Part shown: positions 28,028 to 32,000 of the stretch, one piece after another
How positions within the stretch are numbered: the stretch's first letter is position 1
How the letters are laid out: the number at the start of each line of letters is the position of its first letter
From: Aciduliprofundum boonei T469
GTDB lineage: Archaea > Thermoplasmatota > Thermoplasmata > Thermoplasmatales > Aciduliprofundaceae
Length of the DNA: 32,000 nt
Assembly: GCF_000025665.1 (NCBI RefSeq)
Contig: NC_013926.1
Span: forward strand, 780,001 to 812,000
Direction of reading: 5' to 3'
Notes under the pieces: model-generated
The model's database searches: none
What the model was told of the DNA's origin: nothing
Seen by the model: only the letters and a program-made list of their open reading frames with translations
Position numbers and translations under genes: made by a program

Positions 28028-28042
28028 TTTTTCTTTATTTTT
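28028..28042 (+). terminator. Oligo-T tract (TTTTTCTTTATTTTT) just after the operon's last stop codon
   Basis: Read from sequence. Archaeal termination commonly uses T-runs. No strong hairpin seen. Confidence 0.35.
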
Positions 28043-29333
28043 ATGGTTTTGTTCTTCTGATGGTTCTTGGATATGGTATGGCGTATTTTATATGGGAAAG
28101 TCCTGCAAGCCACCAAACGAGGCGATCAACACCTAATCCAAATCCTGAATGAGGTATGCTTCCATATTTGCGCAAATCCACATACCAGTAATAGTCCTCT
28201 GGATTGAGTCCCTCTTCTTCCATTCTTCTCAAAAGCACATCGAGCTTGTATATCCTTTCCCCACCGCCAATTATCTCTCCATAACCCTCTGGAGCGAGGA
28301 GGTCATGACATAGAACAACTTTTGGGTTATCAGGATCGGGCCTGTGGTAAAATGGCTTAATTTCTATTGGATAATGAGTAACAAATATTGGTTTATCAAA
28401 TTTTTTAGTTATGGCAGTTTCTTCATCGGCACCTAAGTCATCTCCATACTCTATATTTATCCCATTCTCCTGTGCAAATTCTATGAGCTCTTCGTATTTC
28501 ATCCTTATAAAAGGTTTTTCTAAATTCTTTAATATTTCTAAATCTCTATTCAAAAACTTCAGCTCCTTCTCTCTTTCTTCTAGAACTTTTTGGACTATGT
28601 GCATTATGAGCTCTTCTTCATCTCTCATCATATCCTCATTGTGATACCAAGCTACCTCTCCCTCAGCATGCCAGTACTCCGTTAAATGCCTTCTTGTTCT
28701 GCTCTTCTCTGCCCTGAAGCTTGGGGCGATTGTGTAAACTCTTTCCAAAGAGAATATGAAAGTCTCAAGATAGAATTGAGCGCTTTGAGATAGATATGCC
28801 TTTTTTCCGAAATATGGCACTTCAAAGAGAGTTGAGCCCCCTTCAACAGCTCCCGTAACAAAGATAGGTCCTTGAACTTCGTAATATCCATTCTCTCTGA
28901 AGAATTCGTGTATGGCTCCAAATACAGTGTGCCTGATTTTAAGAATAGCATTCATCTCCCTGCTTCTCAGCCACAGATGCCTGTTGTCTAGCAAGAACTC
29001 ATCGCTCTTGTCCTTTGTGATGGGAAATAGGTATGAGGGCCCGATGATATTTATATCTTTAACATCCACTTCATACCCTGTGGGAGCCCTTTCCTCTTTC
29101 CTAATCACTCCATTAATTTCTAATGAAGATTCTACGCCTACTTTGTCCAATTCTTTGAATTTCTCGTTTCCTATTTTTTTCTTCTCTATAACGCATTGGA
29201 TTATGTCAGAAGAATCTCTAAGAACCACGAATATTATCTTGCCCATCCTTCTCTTTCTGTATATCCATCCCCGCAGGGCTACTTCTTTCCCTATGAAATT
29301 GTCTGAGAGTACCTCGGATATGTGATGAAACAT
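28041..29333 (-). CDS. asnS: Asparaginyl-tRNA synthetase (class IIb)
   Basis: N-terminal OB-fold pattern (VALRGWIYRKRRMGKIIFVVLRD). Motif 2 FRAEKSRTRRHLTEYWHAEGEVAW (the EKS-TRRHL-E-W form typical of AsnRS rather than AspRS). Motif 3 GFGLGVDRLVWWLAGL...PYPR. Confidence 0.75.
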   Translation of the reverse strand: MFHHISEVLSDNFIGKEVALRGWIYRKRRMGKIIFVVLRDSSDIIQCVIEKKKIGNEKFKELDKVGVESSLEINGVIRKEERAPTGYEVDVKDINIIGPSYLFPITKDKSDEFLLDNRHLWLRSREMNAILKIRHTVFGAIHEFFRENGYYEVQGPIFVTGAVEGGSTLFEVPYFGKKAYLSQSAQFYLETFIFSLERVYTIAPSFRAEKSRTRRHLTEYWHAEGEVAWYHNEDMMRDEEELIMHIVQKVLEEREKELKFLNRDLEILKNLEKPFIRMKYEELIEFAQENGINIEYGDDLGADEETAITKKFDKPIFVTHYPIEIKPFYHRPDPDNPKVVLCHDLLAPEGYGEIIGGGERIYKLDVLLRRMEEEGLNPEDYYWYVDLRKYGSIPHSGFGLGVDRLVWWLAGLSHIKYAIPYPRTIRRTKP

Positions 29334-29415
29334 AAGGTAGCATGGGAGTTATTTATTTATATCTTATCTCTGGGATTGGCAATAATTATATATCGGTGAA
29401 ATAGAATATACTTTC

Positions 29416-32000
29416 GTGGCAAAAATTCGGGGCTTTTATTCGTACCCTATTTACGATTCCCTATCTCCGGTTATTTTAGATGAGCTTATTTACTATGATT
29501 TCATACATAAGTTTTATGAAATATTTGACGAAGAAACATCGGTAAATTTTGTTACATACTCTTTGAATAAAAAAGATTTGAATAAAATTAAAGAAATTGC
29601 TCCTTATGCTAGATTAATACACGGGGAGAAATACACCGAAGAAATAGGCATGTTAATTAAGGACTTATTCAAAAAGAAAAGTATAGGGATTAAAAATATA
29701 AGAACATACTATTGTAGCAAATGTGACGAGTATTTTAAGGAGAGTCAGGTTAAAATTATTCCCAAGAAATTAAGGGAGAATATTGCAAAGATTAGAGTGG
29801 GGAAAAAAATATATTTTCTTGGAGCTTTTTATGGGGAGGAAGAGCCAATAGGAGTATATCTTGGTAAGAACGATAGTTATGTGATTGCCCAGCTTTATGA
29901 TGAAGAATGGATTGCCCCAGCAAGTTTAGAGCTATTTTTGTTGAAGGAGATAGAGATACCCAAGAGTAAGATAAAAAAAGTAGGGTTTGAAGGAATAAAG
30001 GATTTAAATTTTGAATTGTATGTTATCCAAGGAGATGGGAGAGCGGAGCTTATAAAAAAAGGAGATATAAGGGCTAAGAGTTTAAAAAGAAGAATACCTT
30101 CCTATTCGGTTATATTTTCTAAAGAGAAAGAATTGCCCATAAAGACCTGTCCTATCTGTGGTAATGTCTTGCAGGAAGAGAATGTACCAATCTTAGTAGT
30201 TAAAGGAAAAGGTGGCACATATGATCTCTCATCTCCAGAAGGCTCATACAAACTTCCTGTTCTCTATTGTCCAAATTGCGGGCATATAGAATATGGCACA
30301 ATAATCAAAGAATGTCCAGTGTGTGGAAATATAATGGAAAGAAGATTCTCTCTTAAGCCAGAGTTATCCGCTCTGGGCGCTTATATCCATAGTTTTGATG
30401 CACCTCCCTCTCTAATGTTCCTTCACCAGAAGAGATTTATTTTGAAGTATTTTATGGAAAATATTTTGAAGGTTTATGGTAAATATCTTTTTAAAAATAC
30501 GAGATATCTTTCTCATAAAGTACCTGAAAGTATAGATGAAGTTAAGAGAGCTGCACTTTTGATAAAGAAAAGAGGCACTATAAATAAATCCGATATAAAA
30601 AAGATCAGAAAGTTGAGAAATGTAGTTGATAATATTGTTAGATATGTAGAAATTTATGGAACCACTGATGATTACAAAGAAGAGGATGAATGGCTATTGT
30701 GGAAGAATAACGAAGTTAAAAAAAGAATTAGAGAATTAGTAGAGAATGGTAAGATATCTTATGCTTTCCATGTTCTCTATGGGCATATCATTGGAGACAT
30801 TTCGCATTTTTATATACCAATAAAAAGGAAAACTCCATTAGTTCTTGAACCAGTTAGAGATGCCATCTTGATGCTTTATCCGTTTATGCCTGCTTTTGTG
30901 GAAGAGAATTTAGGAAGGATAAATGTTGAGAAATTTTCATTAAGCACTACTGAAGCTGAGGAGATAAGCACTATGGAAATCATAAGGGATTTCGTAAAGG
31001 TTGTCAGAAAGTATAGGGAGAAGAAAGGTATTCCGAGAAAAGAGCCACTAAAAAAAGTCGTTTTTGTAACTTCCTATGCTGATGAAGTAAATTCCCTAAA
31101 GAGTTCTATTTTGAATTTAGAGAATGTGCTTATATTTCAAGTTGTGGAGGATTGGGATGAGATGGAAATAGAGATAGAACCCAATATGGAAGAGATAAGT
31201 GCATCTTATCGTGCCTGGGCGCCTAAAATAGGTTTCTTGCTTCGTAGGAAAAATGTTAGGGAAGTTCTAGATGCCATGGAGAAGGGGGGATACACTCTTG
31301 GAATTGAAGGCTTCATAATTAAAATAACTCCAAAGATGATAAATTATATAAAGAAGGTTCCAGAGGGCTATGACCATATTGAATTTGAGTATGGAGATAT
31401 ATATATTCAAAACGAAAGAGATGCTACTACAAAGAGAATTAGGTTGGTTCGGGAGGTAATAAGGAGAATAAATATTATGAGAAAGGATATTGATATGGAT
31501 TTCGATGATTTAATTGATGTAAGTATTTCTGGAGATAGTGAAGCTATAAAGATGATAAGGGGCTACGATGATGAGATTAGAGAAAAATGTTTGGCTAGAA
31601 ACATTGAATTTAGCTATACGGAATACGGATACATTGTAGAGTGGCCTATAATGGGATACAGAATTACAATAGGTATAAATCCACTGTTTAAGCGTTGGGT
31701 TATAAAGGCGTTTAAGAGTATACCCGGTATAGATGATTACAGAGCAGAGCTTTTGTTTAAAATGGGGTATGGGAGTATATATGAATTGATGGAAGCTGAG
31801 CCAGAGCAGATAGCTGAGGCCACAGGTATGCCTCTGAAGCTTGTAAATGAGCTTATTGATTACCTCTACTCTACGGCTTTCAAACCTAAAAAAGAAAAAA
31901 ATAAGGAGTATTGCCCGTTCTGTGGTACCGAGCTCACACCTGATGATGATTTTTGTCCAAGATGCGGGGCACCTATAAGGGTTAAGATGGAAGAAAGAAA
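29416..32000 (+). CDS. Class Ia (IleRS-type) aminoacyl-tRNA synthetase-like protein lacking HIGH and KMSKS, with added HhH region and C-terminal zinc ribbon; 3' end beyond window (absent from ORF track)
   Basis: Hand translation is open from 29341 to the window end. Candidate starts are GTG 29416 or GTG 29395; there is no in-frame ATG before ~29649. Retained blocks are LFKKKSIGIKNIRTYYCSKCDEYF (CP1 entry), CPICG/CPNCG/CPVCG knuckles, KIRKLRNVVDNIVRY, DEWLLWKNNEVKKRIRELVENGKISYAFHVLYGHIIGDISHFYI and LYPFMPAFVEENL (anticodon-binding domain). Also retained is an IleRS-type C-terminal region (KRIRLVREVIRRINIMRKDIDMDFDDLIDV). Confidence 0.7.
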   Translation, partial: MAKIRGFYSYPIYDSLSPVILDELIYYDFIHKFYEIFDEETSVNFVTYSLNKKDLNKIKEIAPYARLIHGEKYTEEIGMLIKDLFKKKSIGIKNIRTYYCSKCDEYFKESQVKIIPKKLRENIAKIRVGKKIYFLGAFYGEEEPIGVYLGKNDSYVIAQLYDEEWIAPASLELFLLKEIEIPKSKIKKVGFEGIKDLNFELYVIQGDGRAELIKKGDIRAKSLKRRIPSYSVIFSKEKELPIKTCPICGNVLQEENVPILVVKGKGGTYDLSSPEGSYKLPVLYCPNCGHIEYGTIIKECPVCGNIMERRFSLKPELSALGAYIHSFDAPPSLMFLHQKRFILKYFMENILKVYGKYLFKNTRYLSHKVPESIDEVKRAALLIKKRGTINKSDIKKIRKLRNVVDNIVRYVEIYGTTDDYKEEDEWLLWKNNEVKKRIRELVENGKISYAFHVLYGHIIGDISHFYIPIKRKTPLVLEPVRDAILMLYPFMPAFVEENLGRINVEKFSLSTTEAEEISTMEIIRDFVKVVRKYREKKGIPRKEPLKKVVFVTSYADEVNSLKSSILNLENVLIFQVVEDWDEMEIEIEPNMEEISASYRAWAPKIGFLLRRKNVREVLDAMEKGGYTLGIEGFIIKITPKMINYIKKVPEGYDHIEFEYGDIYIQNERDATTKRIRLVREVIRRINIMRKDIDMDFDDLIDVSISGDSEAIKMIRGYDDEIREKCLARNIEFSYTEYGYIVEWPIMGYRITIGINPLFKRWVIKAFKSIPGIDDYRAELLFKMGYGSIYELMEAEPEQIAEATGMPLKLVNELIDYLYSTAFKPKKEKNKEYCPFCGTELTPDDDFCPRCGAPIRVKMEER

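Noticed and set aside
28041-29333. Alternative call as aspartyl-tRNA synthetase
   Set aside because: Motif 2 reads FRAEKSRTRRHLTEYW, the Lys-Ser...Thr-Arg-Arg-His-Leu form that I associate with AsnRS. Archaeal AspRS usually has FRAEEHNTxRHLNE. Not fully excluded without a search.

Overview
AT-rich (by eye roughly 38-40% G+C), gene-dense chromosomal segment that I read as archaeal, euryarchaeote-like. Support: a tRNA with a canonical bulge-helix-bulge intron, an archaeal-type NMN adenylyltransferase, an archaeal-type hypoxanthine/guanine PRT, TATA-like boxes ~25-35 nt upstream of starts (several mRNAs look leaderless), and GGTG/GAGGTGA Shine-Dalgarno sites inside operons. A gyrB-gyrA pair is also present. 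All protein calls rest on motif recognition by eye; no database search was possible. Left to right: a five-gene minus-strand operon (PadR regulator, SdpI/DUF1648-like membrane protein, small sequon-rich bitopic protein, ABC ATPase, edge-truncated ABC-2 permease); gyrB-gyrA; a radical SAM protein; exonuclease III; a NifX-like / two MinD-ferredoxin ATPase cluster; a secreted anchored protein. Then a long minus-strand run: nadM, pncC, pyrD, pyrK and an ABC exporter pair. Next come intron-containing tRNA-Ile(GAU), a ferritin-like/VIT1 fusion, two tandem purine PRTs, four small hypothetical genes, an Opp/Dpp-type ABC importer operon (B-C-D-F) and asnS. The window ends with a long edge-truncated plus-strand ORF. 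The supplied ORF track omits both edge-truncated genes (1-718 minus; 29416-32000 plus); I translated them by hand. Main items: (1) the Opp/Dpp importer has no substrate-binding-protein gene beside it, and its permeases carry ~138-aa and ~530-aa insertions in the loops predicted to face outward. (2) The >=861-aa ORF keeps the skeleton of a class Ia (IleRS-type) tRNA synthetase, has lost HIGH and KMSKS, and has gained a helix-hairpin-helix region and a C-terminal zinc ribbon; it lies divergent to asnS. (3) The PadR/SdpI-like/ABC-2 operon has a perfect 10-3-10 palindrome over its promoter. (4) The NifX-like protein has an RG-repeat tail. (5) A G+C-rich, hairpin-dense intergenic patch sits beside the tRNA, whose intron and 3' trailer share a related motif. 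I saw no CRISPR array, rRNA, transposase or integrase.
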